64,000 nucleotides of DNA from an uncultured delta proteobacterium (GCA_963815115.1 CAWFFN010000009.1:1408001-1472000), one strand, 5' to 3'. Shown: positions 18,795 through 29,400, counted from the stretch's first letter. Program-made: numbers and translations. The notes: generated from the sequence alone by a model not told the origin.

Positions 18795-19698
18795 GACCGC
18801 GGTCCCAGGGCGGGATGCCGGCGAAGCGCGCGACGAGGAAGTCCACGAAGGCGCGCACGGCCAGGGGCACGTGGCGGCGAGTCGGTTGCAGCACCCACAC
18901 CGCCGGATCGCCGTCGAGCTGATCGGGAAGCACTTCCTCGAGCCGGCCCTCGCGCAGGTCGTCGGCGACCAGGAACGTCGGCAGGAGAGCGATGCCGCAG
19001 CCGTCCAGGGCGAGGACGCGCAGCACGTCGCCGTTGTTCGACATCACCGGCCCGTGGACGCGTACCAGCCGGCGGCCGTCGCGGGTGCGGAACGGCCAGT
19101 CGCAGCCCGACGCCATGTAGGCGTAGCCGATGCAGCGATGGCCGGCGAGCTCGTCGGGCGTGGCCGGCGTGCCGTGGCGGGCGAGATACCCGTGAGCGGC
19201 GCACAGGACGCGCCGGCTGGCGCACAGGCGGCGCGCGACCAGCGACGAGTCGCGCAGCTCGGCGACGCGGACCGCCACGTCGAACCCCTCCGCGAGGAGG
19301 TCGACGAAGCGGTCGTCGAGGACGAGGTCGACCTCGACGTCGGGATTGCGCGCCAGGAACGCGCTCACCACCGGGCCGATGTGGCGCTGGCCGAAGCTCA
19401 TCGGGGCGCTGACCCGGACGCGGCCGCGCGGCGTCGCCTGGCGCTCGGCGACCTCGCGCTCGGCGTCCTCGAGGTCGGCGAGGATGCGCTGGCAGCGCTC
19501 GTGGAAGCGCTGGCCCGCCTCGGTGAGGCGCACCTGCCGCGTGGTGCGGTGGAGGAGGCGGACGCCGAGCCGATCCTCCAGCGCGCGCACCTGCTTGCTC
19601 ACCGCCGCCACCGACAGCCCCAGCGCCCGCGCCGCACCGGCGAAGCTCCCCGCCGCCACCACGCCCTCGAACGCCGGGATGCCCGCGAGCCGGTCCAT
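18724..19698 (-). CDS. LysR family transcriptional regulator (CrgA-like)
   Basis: GSFAGAA...VSKQVRALEDRLGVRLLHRTTR HTH; divergent from pirin. Confidence 0.92.
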   Translation of the reverse strand: MDRLAGIPAFEGVVAAGSFAGAARALGLSVAAVSKQVRALEDRLGVRLLHRTTRQVRLTEAGQRFHERCQRILADLEDAEREVAERQATPRGRVRVSAPMSFGQRHIGPVVSAFLARNPDVEVDLVLDDRFVDLLAEGFDVAVRVAELRDSSLVARRLCASRRVLCAAHGYLARHGTPATPDELAGHRCIGYAYMASGCDWPFRTRDGRRLVRVHGPVMSNNGDVLRVLALDGCGIALLPTFLVADDLREGRLEEVLPDQLDGDPAVWVLQPTRRHVPLAVRAFVDFLVARFAGIPPWDRGLRKRSATPLPASSRRPAAAGTPP

Positions 19699-19789
19699 GA
19701 GCCCTCCGCCGCACCGTCAACCTCGCGTCAACGGTGCCTTGCCGGAGAGCCCCCTTACCATGACCGCGGCCCGGGCCTAAGAAGCGGTC

Positions 19790-20491
19790 ATGATCACGGT
19801 ACGACCGGCAAAGGAGCGCGGGCGGACGCGGCTCGACTGGCTGGACAGCTGGCACAGCTTCTCGTTCGGCGACTACTACGACCCCGCCCACATGGGGTTC
19901 GGCCCCCTGCGGGTCATCAACGACGACGTCGTGGACGCCGGCCGGGGGTTCGGAACCCATCCGCATCGCGACATGGAGATCCTCACCTGGGTGCTCGACG
20001 GCGAGCTCCAGCACCGCGACAGCCTCGGCACCGGCTCGGTGATCCGTCCGGGCGAGGTGCAGATCATGAGCGCGGGCACCGGCATCCAGCACAGCGAGTT
20101 CAACCCGTCGCCGCTGGAGCCGGTACGCCTGCTGCAGATCTGGATCCTGCCGGAGCAGCGAGGCCTGCCGCCGCGCTACGACCAGCAGGAGGTGGCGCTC
20201 GAGCAGGGTGTGCTGCGCCAGATCGCGGCCCGCGAGCCCGAGGCCGGCGCCGTGCGTCTCTTCCAGGATGCGTCGGTGCACGCCGCGCGGCTCGCAGGCG
20301 GGCAGCGTGTCGAGCATGCTCTCCGCACCGGACGGACGGCGTGGGTACAGGTCGCACGAGGCGCGGTCCGATTGGATGGAACCTCGCTTCGCGAAGGCGA
20401 CGGCGCCGCGGTCACGGGGCAGGATCGGCTCGCCATCCAGGCCGATGGCGACGCCGAGGTGCTGGTGTTCGATCTGTCGATGCGGCACTGA
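19790..20491 (+). CDS. Pirin family protein (YhhW-like)
   Basis: HSFSFGDYYD, GFGTHPHRDMEI, MSAGTGIQHSE. Confidence 0.93.
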   Translation: MITVRPAKERGRTRLDWLDSWHSFSFGDYYDPAHMGFGPLRVINDDVVDAGRGFGTHPHRDMEILTWVLDGELQHRDSLGTGSVIRPGEVQIMSAGTGIQHSEFNPSPLEPVRLLQIWILPEQRGLPPRYDQQEVALEQGVLRQIAAREPEAGAVRLFQDASVHAARLAGGQRVEHALRTGRTAWVQVARGAVRLDGTSLREGDGAAVTGQDRLAIQADGDAEVLVFDLSMRH

Positions 20492-20517
20492 CACCGCCGT
20501 GGTAGGGTGTGGGCGCG

Positions 20518-20928
20518 ATGCGCGCCCACACCGACTACCTCTGGTTCAACACGACGAAGCGCCACGAGCTGGTGAACATCACCGACCGCGTGGCCGAGGT
20601 CGTCGCGGCGTCCCGGGTGCAGGAGGGCATGTGCCTCGTCTCCGCGATGCACATCACCGCCGGCATCTGGGTGAACGACGAGGAGAGCGGGCTCAAGCAC
20701 GACGTGATGGAGTGGCTCGAGCGGCTCGCACCCAGAGGGGACTACCGCCACCACCAGACGGGCGAGGACAACGCGGACGCGCATCTGAAGCGCACCCTGA
20801 TCCATCATCAGGTGATCCTGCCCGTCACCAAGGGCGCCCTCGATCTCGGTCCCTGGGAGCAGGTGTTCTACGCCGAGTTCGACGGCCGGCGGAAGAAGCG
20901 CGTGGTGGTGAAGATCCTCGGCGAGTGA
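20518..20928 (+). CDS. yjbQ: YjbQ/UPF0047 family protein
   Basis: [28 protein letters not shown]. Confidence 0.88.
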   Translation: MRAHTDYLWFNTTKRHELVNITDRVAEVVAASRVQEGMCLVSAMHITAGIWVNDEESGLKHDVMEWLERLAPRGDYRHHQTGEDNADAHLKRTLIHHQVILPVTKGALDLGPWEQVFYAEFDGRRKKRVVVKILGE

Positions 20929-20946
20929 CCCGTCCCCCGGAGGCGC

Positions 20947-22083
20947 ATGATCGACGGAGAGTGTGATTCCCGGTTCGCGGCGGTGCGGGACACGTTCGCG
21001 GCCAGCTTCGCGGCCGGCCGCGAGGTCGGAGCGTCGTTCGCGGCCACGATCGGCGGCCGGCTGGTCGTCGATCTGTGGGGCGGCCACGCCGACGCGGCCC
21101 GGACGCGGCCGTGGCAGCGTGACACCATCGTCAACGTCTTCTCGACCACCAAGGCGATGACGGCGCTGTGCGCGCACCTCCTCGTCGACCGCGGCCTCCT
21201 CGACCTCGATGCGCCGGTGGCTCGCTACTGGCCGGAGTTCGCCGCGGCCGGCAAGGAGGCGCTGCCGGTGCGCATGCTGCTCAGCCACACGGCCGGTCTC
21301 GCGGCGGTCCGCCCGCGCATCTCGCTGGACACGGTCTACGACTGGGACCGCTATGCCGCCGTCATCGCCGCCGAGGCGCCGTGGTGGGAGCCCGGCACCG
21401 CCAACGGCTATCACGCCCTCACCTTCGGCCATCTCGTCGGCGAGCTGATCCGTCGCATCAGCGGCAAGAGCGTGGGGCAGTTTCTCCGCGACGAGGTGAC
21501 CGGGCCGCTCGGTGCCGACTTCCACGTCGGACTGCGCGCGTCCGAGGAGAGCCGCTGCGCCGAGATGATCGCACCGACGATCGCGGAGGAGGCGGCGGCC
21601 GGAGTTCCCGATCCGCCGCCCGGCTCGCTGCGCGCCAAGGTGTTCGGCAACCCCCCGCTGCACCCCGCGAAGGCCAACACCAGCGCGTGGCGCCGCGCCG
21701 AGATCCCGGCCGCCAACGGGCATGGCAATGCGCGCTCGGTGGCACGCGTGCTGGCCGCGCTCGCCTGCGGGGGCGGCGTCGACGGCGTGCGCCTGCTGAG
21801 TGCCGGTTCGATCGCCCGCGCGATCGAGCCGCAGGCCTACGACCGCGACCTCGTCCTCGGCTTCAAGATCAAGTGGGGACTCGGCTTCATGCTCACGAGC
21901 GCCGAGCTGCCGCTCAGCCCGAATCCCCGCGCGTTCGGGCACGGCGGGTGGGGAGGATCGCTCGGCTTCGCCGACCTCGACGCGGGGGTCAGCTGGGCCT
22001 ACGTGATGAACAAGATGGCCCCCGGCACGGCGGGCGACACTCGTGGGGGCTCACTGATGGCGGCGCTGTACGGCGCGCTCTGA
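20947..22083 (+). CDS. Serine hydrolase, beta-lactamase fold (family VIII esterase)
   Basis: SxxK motif (FSTTK), LLSHTAG, YHALTFG, FGHGGWGG. Confidence 0.9.
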   Translation: MIDGECDSRFAAVRDTFAASFAAGREVGASFAATIGGRLVVDLWGGHADAARTRPWQRDTIVNVFSTTKAMTALCAHLLVDRGLLDLDAPVARYWPEFAAAGKEALPVRMLLSHTAGLAAVRPRISLDTVYDWDRYAAVIAAEAPWWEPGTANGYHALTFGHLVGELIRRISGKSVGQFLRDEVTGPLGADFHVGLRASEESRCAEMIAPTIAEEAAAGVPDPPPGSLRAKVFGNPPLHPAKANTSAWRRAEIPAANGHGNARSVARVLAALACGGGVDGVRLLSAGSIARAIEPQAYDRDLVLGFKIKWGLGFMLTSAELPLSPNPRAFGHGGWGGSLGFADLDAGVSWAYVMNKMAPGTAGDTRGGSLMAALYGAL

Positions 22084-22097
22084 CCCGGAGGAACTGC

Positions 22098-22517
22098 ATG
22101 GAAGACGTTGCCCGACCACGCGATCGATGGGTCACGGTGCTGGCGGTCCTGATGGGACTCACCGCGCTGTCGAACTTCTGGAAGCCCGTCGCACAGACGA
22201 TGGCGCCCGGGAGCGACGCCGGGTTCGTGTTCTTCGGCACGCGTCTTCACGGCGTGGCGAACGCCGTCATGGGCCCGCTGTTCGGCGTCCTCCTGGCGGC
22301 CTATGCCTACGGAGCGTGGACGCTCCGGCGCTGGGTCGTCCCGCTCGCCTTCGCCTACGCGGGCTACGTGATCGTCAACCTGCTCCTGTACACGGCGAAC
22401 ACGCCTGCGGAGCAGATGCCGCCCATGCTCGGGATGATCGCGTACGCCGCGGTCGCCATCGGCGTCTCTGCGGGCGGCGCGTACCATCTCTGGAGCCGGC
22501 GCGCAGCGCTCCGCTGA
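22098..22517 (+). CDS. Hypothetical membrane protein (about 4 TM)
   Basis: GGAGG SD; hydrophobic segments. Confidence 0.7.
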   Translation: MEDVARPRDRWVTVLAVLMGLTALSNFWKPVAQTMAPGSDAGFVFFGTRLHGVANAVMGPLFGVLLAAYAYGAWTLRRWVVPLAFAYAGYVIVNLLLYTANTPAEQMPPMLGMIAYAAVAIGVSAGGAYHLWSRRAALR

Positions 22518-22541
22518 CGGGCCGGCTCCGCTGTCGGCGCG

Positions 22542-23000
22542 CTAGCGTCCGATGGTCCAGAGCGAGAAGATCGCGCTGGCCCCGCCGCACACGGCGAGCC
22601 CGATCCGGTCGCCCAGCGAGAGGCCGCGCTCGGCGGCGACGTCGGCCCGCGCGCCGAGCCGGCGTTCGCGGGCGATCAGGAACAGCGGGAACGTGACGCT
22701 GATCGCGATCAGCAAGCCGAGGATCACGTAGAGCCAGGGCAGGCGGACGTCGAGCCGCCGCGCCTCCACGACCATGAAGATCGCCGCGGCGAGGAAGAAG
22801 AGACCCAGGTCGACGGTGATCGAGGTGCTGGCCGGGCTCGCGAGGGTCTCCGGCCAGAACCGGCCGGTCGCCAGCACGAATCCGAGCAGCCAGCCGTCCT
22901 GAGCATGGAAGTACGAGACGTTCTGACTCCACGTCCCGATCAGGGCGAGGAGCGCGATGGCGCCGTAGACCCAGCACAGGAGCATGCGAGCGCGCGTCAT
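22542..23000 (-). CDS. DUF2834-like membrane protein
   Basis: SITVDL, EARRL, AISVTFPLFLIARERR. Confidence 0.75.
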   Translation of the reverse strand: MTRARMLLCWVYGAIALLALIGTWSQNVSYFHAQDGWLLGFVLATGRFWPETLASPASTSITVDLGLFFLAAAIFMVVEARRLDVRLPWLYVILGLLIAISVTFPLFLIARERRLGARADVAAERGLSLGDRIGLAVCGGASAIFSLWTIGR

Positions 23001-23093
23001 GCCACCTCGTACCACGGCTCGGGACGGCGCGTGAATCGAGGGTGCGGCTCCGCCCGTCGCGTTCGTGCGACCGTCCCGATCCGTTTCGGCGGG

Positions 23094-23501
23094 TCAGCCC
23101 GGGTAGCGTTCGAAGGCGGGCACTCCCTCGGGAAGCTGATGGAACGTCTGCTTGTCGATGGTGAAGATCACCATCTGCGGCGCGCCGAAGACGCCGGGAT
23201 CATCGAGCGTCCCGACCTTGATGAGCGCCGCTCCCGGCAGCGCCGCCGTCCTGGTCGTCAGGTGCGTCCCGCACTCGCCGCAGAATTCACGCGTCACCGG
23301 GTTCGGGATGTCACTCCGGCGGAACTGCTTGGGCGCGCCCTTGACGTACGAGAAGCCCGAGTCGGGCATCCCCATGACGACGTTGGGATGGCCGCCGGAG
23401 ATGTACTGGCATTCCCGACAATGACACTGGCCCTTGAAGAGCGGGTCGCCCGCGGCCTGGTATCGGACTGCCCCGCAGTAGCATCCGCCTTTCACTTCCA
23501 T
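23094..23501 (-). CDS. GFA family protein (CENP-V/Gfa)
   Basis: GGCYCGAVRY, CHCREC, FCGECGT. Confidence 0.9.
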   Translation of the reverse strand: MEVKGGCYCGAVRYQAAGDPLFKGQCHCRECQYISGGHPNVVMGMPDSGFSYVKGAPKQFRRSDIPNPVTREFCGECGTHLTTRTAALPGAALIKVGTLDDPGVFGAPQMVIFTIDKQTFHQLPEGVPAFERYPG

Positions 23502-23695
23502 GACGTCCTCCGTTTCTGGCGTGCGCTCATGCGGCGCACGCCGTCAAAAGGCTTTTTCCCGACGAAGGACCCTAGCACCGCTGCGAAGCGTTCGCATACC
23601 ACCCGGCGATCTCGTTCGGGATCGAGGGAGCTCCGGCTGCGCGGCGCTTCACTCGACCTCGTGCGTCGATCCCGCTACAACGAAGCAATCCCCGG

Positions 23696-25705
23696 ATGGA
23701 TACCTACACGCTCCGCGCACGCTCGGACGCTCAGCCCTCGCCACGATTCCGCATCGACTATGCGGGCGAGCTGAACGAGGCGCAGCATCGCGCCGCGACC
23801 ACCGTCGACGGCCCCGTGCTGGTGATCGCGGGCGCGGGAAGCGGCAAGACGCGTACGCTGGTGTACCGCGTGGCGCGCCTCGTCGAGTCGGGCGTGCCGC
23901 CGGCCCAGATTCTGCTCCTCACCTTCACGCGCAAGGCGTCCGAGGAGATGCTCGGTCGCGCCTCCGTCCTGGTGGGCGGCAACTGCGACCGGGTCGCGGG
24001 TGGCACCTTCCACTCCTTCGCGAACAGCGTGCTGCGCCGGGCGGGTCGCCCGGTCGGTCTCGAACCCGGTTTCACCATCCTCGACCGCAGCGACGCGGAG
24101 GACGTGGTGAACCTGCTGCGCAGTCGCGCGGGGCTCGACCGGAAGGACCGCCGCTTCCCTCGCAAGGGCGCCATCCTCGAGATGCTGAGCATGGCGGTGA
24201 ACCGCAGCCGGAGCGTTCCCGACACCATCGCGGAGGGCTGGCCGCACCTGATGGACCACCTCGACGACCTCGTGAGCCTGGGCGAGAAGTACCAGCGCTA
24301 CAAGCGCGAACGGGGCCTGGTCGACTACGACGACCTCCTGGTGCTCCTGCGCGATCTCCTGCGGGACGTCCCGGAGACCGCCGAGCGGTTGTCGCGCACC
24401 TACCGCTACGTCATGGTCGACGAGTACCAGGACACCAACCGGCTGCAGGCCGAGATCGTGCGCGGGCTCGCGGTCACGCACGACAACGTGATGGCGGTGG
24501 GTGACGACAGCCAGAGCATCTACTCGTTCCGCGGTGCCAACTTCCGCAACATCATGGACTTCATGCAGCTCTTCCCGGGCACCACGCTGGTGAAGCTCGA
24601 GGAGAACTACCGCTCGACCCCGCCGATCCTGAACCTCGCCAACGCCATCATCGACCGGGCGGCCGAGAAGTACACCAAGGTGCTGCGGGCGCAGGCGAAG
24701 ACCGGCCAGCGGCCGCTCCTGGTGCGCTGCCCCGACGACCGCGCCCAGTCGCGCTTCATCTGCCAGCGCATCCTCGAGCTCCGCGAGGAGGGCGTCTCGC
24801 TCGACGACGTCGCGGTGCTGTTCCGCTCCAGCTATCACTCCTTCGATCTCGAGCTCGAGCTGCAGCGGCACGACATCCCGTTCGTCAAGCGCGGCGGCTT
24901 CAAGTTCATCGAGACGGCACACGTGAAGGACGTGCTCGCCCACCTGCGCGTGGTCGCGAACCCGCGCGACGCGGTCTCGTGGCACCGGGTGCTCCTGCTG
25001 CTCGACGGGCTGGGTCCGCGCACCGCCGAGGACGTCGTGCGGCACGTCGGCGACGCCGGCGGGGTCGTGGATGCGGCGGATCGACTGGCCGACTATCCGC
25101 GCCGGGGGGCGTACACCAAGGAGCTCGGACGCCTGGCCCAGCTCCTGCGCGACGTCGCCGGGGAGGAGCGCCGGCCGGGCGATCAGGTCGAGCAGGTGGT
25201 GAGCTTCTACGCGCCCATGCTCCGCCACCTCCACCCCGACGACTTCCCCAAGCGCGAGAAGGACCTCGAGCACTTTCTCACGATCGCGGCGCGCTACCGC
25301 AGCCTGCCGTCGCTCCTCACCGACATGGCGCTCGAGCCGCCCTCGGACAGCGTGGGCGACGTCCTCGCGGCCGAGGTCGACGAGGGACTGCTGACGCTCT
25401 CGACCATCCACTCCGCCAAGGGCCTGGAGTGGCGAGCGGTGTTCGTGATCGGTCTGATCGACGGCCGCTTCCCGTCCTACCAGAACCTGCGCGACGCGGA
25501 GGAGGTGGAGGAGGAGCGCCGGCTCCTCTACGTCGCCGTCACGCGTGCCAAGGAGCACCTCTACCTCACGTATCCCATCGACATCTACGACCGCGCGACG
25601 GGCATGGTGCTCGGCAAGCCGTCGCGCTTCATCGAGGGCTTTCCCTCCTCGGTGCTGGGCGGGATGCAGGTGGTCGAGGAGGAGGACGAGATCGAGCCCG
25701 CCTGA
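23696..25705 (+). CDS. UvrD/PcrA-family ATP-dependent helicase
   Basis: AGAGSGKT, TFH, VDEYQD, VGDDSQSIYSFRGA, NYRS, STIHSAKGLEW, EERRLLYVAVTRA. Confidence 0.95.
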   Translation: MDTYTLRARSDAQPSPRFRIDYAGELNEAQHRAATTVDGPVLVIAGAGSGKTRTLVYRVARLVESGVPPAQILLLTFTRKASEEMLGRASVLVGGNCDRVAGGTFHSFANSVLRRAGRPVGLEPGFTILDRSDAEDVVNLLRSRAGLDRKDRRFPRKGAILEMLSMAVNRSRSVPDTIAEGWPHLMDHLDDLVSLGEKYQRYKRERGLVDYDDLLVLLRDLLRDVPETAERLSRTYRYVMVDEYQDTNRLQAEIVRGLAVTHDNVMAVGDDSQSIYSFRGANFRNIMDFMQLFPGTTLVKLEENYRSTPPILNLANAIIDRAAEKYTKVLRAQAKTGQRPLLVRCPDDRAQSRFICQRILELREEGVSLDDVAVLFRSSYHSFDLELELQRHDIPFVKRGGFKFIETAHVKDVLAHLRVVANPRDAVSWHRVLLLLDGLGPRTAEDVVRHVGDAGGVVDAADRLADYPRRGAYTKELGRLAQLLRDVAGEERRPGDQVEQVVSFYAPMLRHLHPDDFPKREKDLEHFLTIAARYRSLPSLLTDMALEPPSDSVGDVLAAEVDEGLLTLSTIHSAKGLEWRAVFVIGLIDGRFPSYQNLRDAEEVEEERRLLYVAVTRAKEHLYLTYPIDIYDRATGMVLGKPSRFIEGFPSSVLGGMQVVEEEDEIEPA

Positions 25706-25746
25706 GAGGCCGCAACGAGCGGGCCGGGCGGGTGTTGCAGGGGGAC

Positions 25747-26745
25747 GTGCGCTCCCGGATCGCCCTTGCCGCCCTGCTCGTCGGAGCGGCGGTCGCCTCT
25801 CCGGTGGAGGTCGCGCAGGCTCAGTACCCCTACGACGACCCGGGCGACGCGGCGCCGTCACTCGACAGCTACCAGCAGGCGCTCAGCCCCTATGGCTCCT
25901 GGCAGACCGATCCGGGCTACGGCCAGTACTGGCAGCCGCGGGTAGCGGCGGGCTGGCAGCCCTACTCGGAGGGCCAGTGGATCTGGACGGCGTACGGATG
26001 GACGTGGGTCTCGGACGAGCCGTGGAGCTGGACGTTCCACTACGGCCGGTGGGCGTACCTTCCGCCTCGGGGCTGGGTATGGATCCCGGGAACCGTCTGG
26101 GGACCCGCGTGGGTGAGCTGGGTGTCCTACGGCGGCTACATCGGCTGGGCACCGCTCTCCCCGTTCGGCGGGCCGGGCTTCAACGATTTCGTGTTCGTCC
26201 GCAACGCCGACTTCTGCGCGCCGCGACTTCGGACGGCGATCGTCAGGCGGGAGTTCCTTCCGCCGGCCGTCGTCACGCGCTGGCACGATCACGTCGTGCG
26301 CTCTCCCGAGCGGCGCTTCATCGAGGAGGTGTCGCGCCATCCGGTGCGCGTCATGCGCGACCGGCCGGCGAGCACGCTGCCTCCGCGGCAGCGCGCCGAC
26401 CGTGAGCCTGCGCTGCGGGGGGAGGATCCACCGGCGCCCGAGCACGCGGAGCGTCCGTGGTTCCGCCCGCCGCGCGGCGATCGGCCGCGCGGCGATGCTC
26501 CGCCCGCGGTGCAGCAGTCGCCACGGTTCGACGGCGATCGGCGCGTGCCGCGTTCGGCAAGCACGGCGGCCGACCCACCGTCTCGACGCGGCGGCATGCG
26601 ACCACCGCCCGGAGCGCACGGCGGCGGGGGCGGCGATGCTCCGCGACCGCGCCCCGCGGATCGTGGCGGTACCGGACGTGTCTTCTCCCATGGATCGGCG
26701 CCACCCGCGTCGGGCGGTGAGCCCACGCGCGCGCCCCACAAGTGA
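25747..26745 (+). CDS. Secreted DUF6600-like Trp/Tyr/Gly-rich protein with low-complexity tail
   Basis: LSPYGSW, GWTWVSDEPW, HYGRW, WGPAWV; start inferred. Confidence 0.75.
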   Translation: MRSRIALAALLVGAAVASPVEVAQAQYPYDDPGDAAPSLDSYQQALSPYGSWQTDPGYGQYWQPRVAAGWQPYSEGQWIWTAYGWTWVSDEPWSWTFHYGRWAYLPPRGWVWIPGTVWGPAWVSWVSYGGYIGWAPLSPFGGPGFNDFVFVRNADFCAPRLRTAIVRREFLPPAVVTRWHDHVVRSPERRFIEEVSRHPVRVMRDRPASTLPPRQRADREPALRGEDPPAPEHAERPWFRPPRGDRPRGDAPPAVQQSPRFDGDRRVPRSASTAADPPSRRGGMRPPPGAHGGGGGDAPRPRPADRGGTGRVFSHGSAPPASGGEPTRAPHK

Positions 26746-26753
26746 GCGGCTGC

Positions 26754-27593
26754 TCAGGGCCGTCGCGCAATCAGCTGCACGAGGCGCAGACGGCCGTCGG
26801 CGAGCGCCGCGGCGAGCGCGCCGCGCTCCTGCGAGAGGCGCCTCGAGTCGTCGTCGGTCGCGGCTTCGAGGCGAGCGTGTAACCGGGCGCGCGCTGCGCC
26901 GACGCGCGCGGAGCGCTCGCCTGCGTCGGCCACGGGGCGGACCGCGAGATCGACGAAGCCCGCGTTCCCGAGCGCGTCACGTCGATCATCGACGGTCGCG
27001 AAGCGCCAGCCGCCGACGACGGGCGCCGCACCGTCGCAAACGAGATCCTGCATCACCAGGTACCCGCCGGGGCGCACGACCCGGCGAGCTTCGGCGAGTG
27101 CGGCCGGCACGTCGCGCATCTGCGGCAGCGTCTCGACGACCCAGACGTGCGTGAAACGCGCGTCGCGGAAGGGCAGGGCCCCGGCCTCGGCACAGACATG
27201 GTGAACCTGACCGTGCAGCGCGGCGCGTCGGGTGAGCGCCCTGCCTCCTGACGCGACCTCGGCATCACCCGTGGTCGCCACGGCGGTGCAGCCGAGCCTG
27301 CCGGCGAGCCAGCGGGCGGTGGAGCCGAGGCCACCGCCGAGATCGAGCACCAGCTCGTACTTGCGGAAGATGCCATGTGCGCTGAGTGCCTCCAGCAGCT
27401 GGACCCCGCTGCCGCTCGGCCGCTCGAGGCCGAGGTAGGGGAGGCCGCGCGGGGCCGGAGCGGCGGCCGTCAATCGGCGCGTCAGATCCTCGATCATTGC
27501 GGCCAGGCGCGCCTCGCGCACCTGCCCGAGATAGCTGCTGCGCTGCACCCGGGTCCAGCCGCGCCCCGGAGGCGGCCTGGTTGCCTTCCTCAT
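26754..27593 (-). CDS. Class I SAM-dependent methyltransferase
   Basis: VLDLGGGLG, LPFRDARF, RVVRPGG; alternative start 27497. Confidence 0.75.
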   Translation of the reverse strand: MRKATRPPPGRGWTRVQRSSYLGQVREARLAAMIEDLTRRLTAAAPAPRGLPYLGLERPSGSGVQLLEALSAHGIFRKYELVLDLGGGLGSTARWLAGRLGCTAVATTGDAEVASGGRALTRRAALHGQVHHVCAEAGALPFRDARFTHVWVVETLPQMRDVPAALAEARRVVRPGGYLVMQDLVCDGAAPVVGGWRFATVDDRRDALGNAGFVDLAVRPVADAGERSARVGAARARLHARLEAATDDDSRRLSQERGALAAALADGRLRLVQLIARRP

Positions 27594-27616
27594 CGCCCCT
27601 GGGTACCGTCTGTCCA

Positions 27617-27960
27617 GTGTCTGCCCGCCTGCTCCTGGCGCTGGCCCTCGCCCTGGGTGTCCAGACCGTGTACGCGAATCCCGCCGTGTCGGCGGCCGAG
27701 CTGCGCGCGCTGAGCTGCTGCGGGCACTGTCCCGAGCCTCTGTCGCTGCCGTCCGCGCGGAGCTGCTGCGGCGTGACGGCCACCGCCAGCGGTCCCGCGG
27801 AAGCTCCCACGACCCGGGTCCCTGCCCCCCCTCCGGCCCGGTCGCGGCGCTGGCGGCTGCCGTCGTCTCGCCACCCGCGAGCTGGGTGCGGACGACGCGG
27901 GTGCGGCGGGCGGGCTCCGGCCCCCCGACCTTCCTCGCGCAGCGCCATCTGCTGCTCTGA
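27617..27960 (+). CDS. Small Cys-rich leader ORF (DUF2946/CruR-like); frameshift at the C-run near 27826-27831
   Basis: Hydrophobic N-terminus, CCGHC and CC motifs, C-terminus RRAGSGPPTFLAQRHLLL*. Confidence 0.55.
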
Positions 27961-28074
27961 TCGGTCTCCCTCGCGCCCGCCGGGCCCGCACGGTCCGGCG
28001 ACCACGCTCGACGTGTGCCCGCCGGGCGCGTCCCCAGCGTGTCACCAACGACGTGAAGGGAGAGACCGATCATC

Positions 28075-29400
28075 ATGCTGCTCGACATCCGTGTCGCCCG
28101 CGCGATCCTCGCGCTGGCCACGCCGCTCACGCTCGCGCCGGCCCGCGCGACGGCAGAGCCGTCCGCCGCCCGCTTGCGCCTCGCCGACGTCCTGGCGCTC
28201 GCCCGGCAGGAGAACCCGGAGATCCTTGCGGCCCGGGCGAGAGCCCGCGCGGCCGAGTCCGGGCCCACCCGGGCGCGAGCCTGGGACGATCCCGTCGTCT
28301 CCTGGGAAGCGTGGAACGCCCCGAACAACTTCAACGTCGCGCACGCCGACAACAACATCTTCCGGCTCGCGCAGCGGATTCCCTTCCCCGGCAAGAAGGG
28401 GCTCGCGGCGGCCTCGGCGGCGGAGGACGCGCGCGCGATGGCGCGCAGCGCCGACGCCGTGGCGCTCGACGTCGAGGCCGCCGTCAAGCGCGCCTACTGG
28501 AGCCTGTGGCAGGCACAGCAGCGCGTTGCGGTCTACCAGCGCCAGCGTGTGCTGGCGGAGCGCTTCGCGAAGACGGCCGCGGAACGCTATACCACCGGCG
28601 GCGTGCCGCAGGCCGACGTCCTGCGGGCGCAGGTGGAGCTCAGCCACGCCATCACCGACGTGCAAACCGGCGCGCTCGCCATCGACACGGCGCGCGCCGG
28701 GCTGAACGCGCTTCTCAGCCGGCCGCCCGGCGACATGCTCGGGGATCCCGAGGACGCGGGCCTGCCGGAGCCCCCGCCCGCGGCCGACGCCCTGATCGAC
28801 GCCGCGCTCGCGCAGCGTCCCGAGCTGGCGGCGCAGGGCGCGACCATCGCGCGTGAGCAGCGCGCCCTCGATCTGGCGCGCAAGGCCTATCTCCCCGACT
28901 TCGAGCTGAGTGTCGGCCGCTTCGTCAACTACGGTGCCCGCGACGGGTTCGGGGCCATGGCGTCGGTCACGGTGCCGATCGCGAACAAGCCGAAGTACGA
29001 CGCCGGCGTCTCGGAGGCCACGGCGCGTATCGCGTCGGCGGAGGCCGACCGGCGGCGCCTCGAGGTCGGCGTGCGCCGCGACGTCGAGCAGGCCTGGTTG
29101 CGCGTGCGCACCGCGAAGCTCCGGCATGACCTCTTCGCCAGCACGCATCTCCCGCAGGCGGAGCAGGCGATGGCGGTGACCGAGGCCGCGTATGCGTCGG
29201 GGAGCGTCGACCTGCTCTCCCTGCTCGACACTCTGCGCGCCGTCGAGGCTGTCCACCTCGACCACATCGACAGCGCCGCGGAGATCGAGACGGCGTGGGC
29301 CGATCTCGAGCGCGCGGTCGGTGGACCGCTCCCCGCCGAACCCTCGACACCGACCGCAGCGACACCACATGGTGCCGCGGGGGGGCGCCGGCATGGGTAG
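28075..29400 (+). CDS. TolC-family outer membrane efflux protein (CusC/CzcC-like)
   Basis: NPEILAAR, QRIPFPGK, RPEL, YLPDF; first gene of the RND operon. Confidence 0.88.
   Translation: MLLDIRVARAILALATPLTLAPARATAEPSAARLRLADVLALARQENPEILAARARARAAESGPTRARAWDDPVVSWEAWNAPNNFNVAHADNNIFRLAQRIPFPGKKGLAAASAAEDARAMARSADAVALDVEAAVKRAYWSLWQAQQRVAVYQRQRVLAERFAKTAAERYTTGGVPQADVLRAQVELSHAITDVQTGALAIDTARAGLNALLSRPPGDMLGDPEDAGLPEPPPAADALIDAALAQRPELAAQGATIAREQRALDLARKAYLPDFELSVGRFVNYGARDGFGAMASVTVPIANKPKYDAGVSEATARIASAEADRRRLEVGVRRDVEQAWLRVRTAKLRHDLFASTHLPQAEQAMAVTEAAYASGSVDLLSLLDTLRAVEAVHLDHIDSAAEIETAWADLERAVGGPLPAEPSTPTAATPHGAAGGRRHG

Noticed and set aside
20947-22083. Beta-lactamase resistance gene
   Set aside because: No signal peptide, and the motifs fit cytoplasmic family VIII esterases
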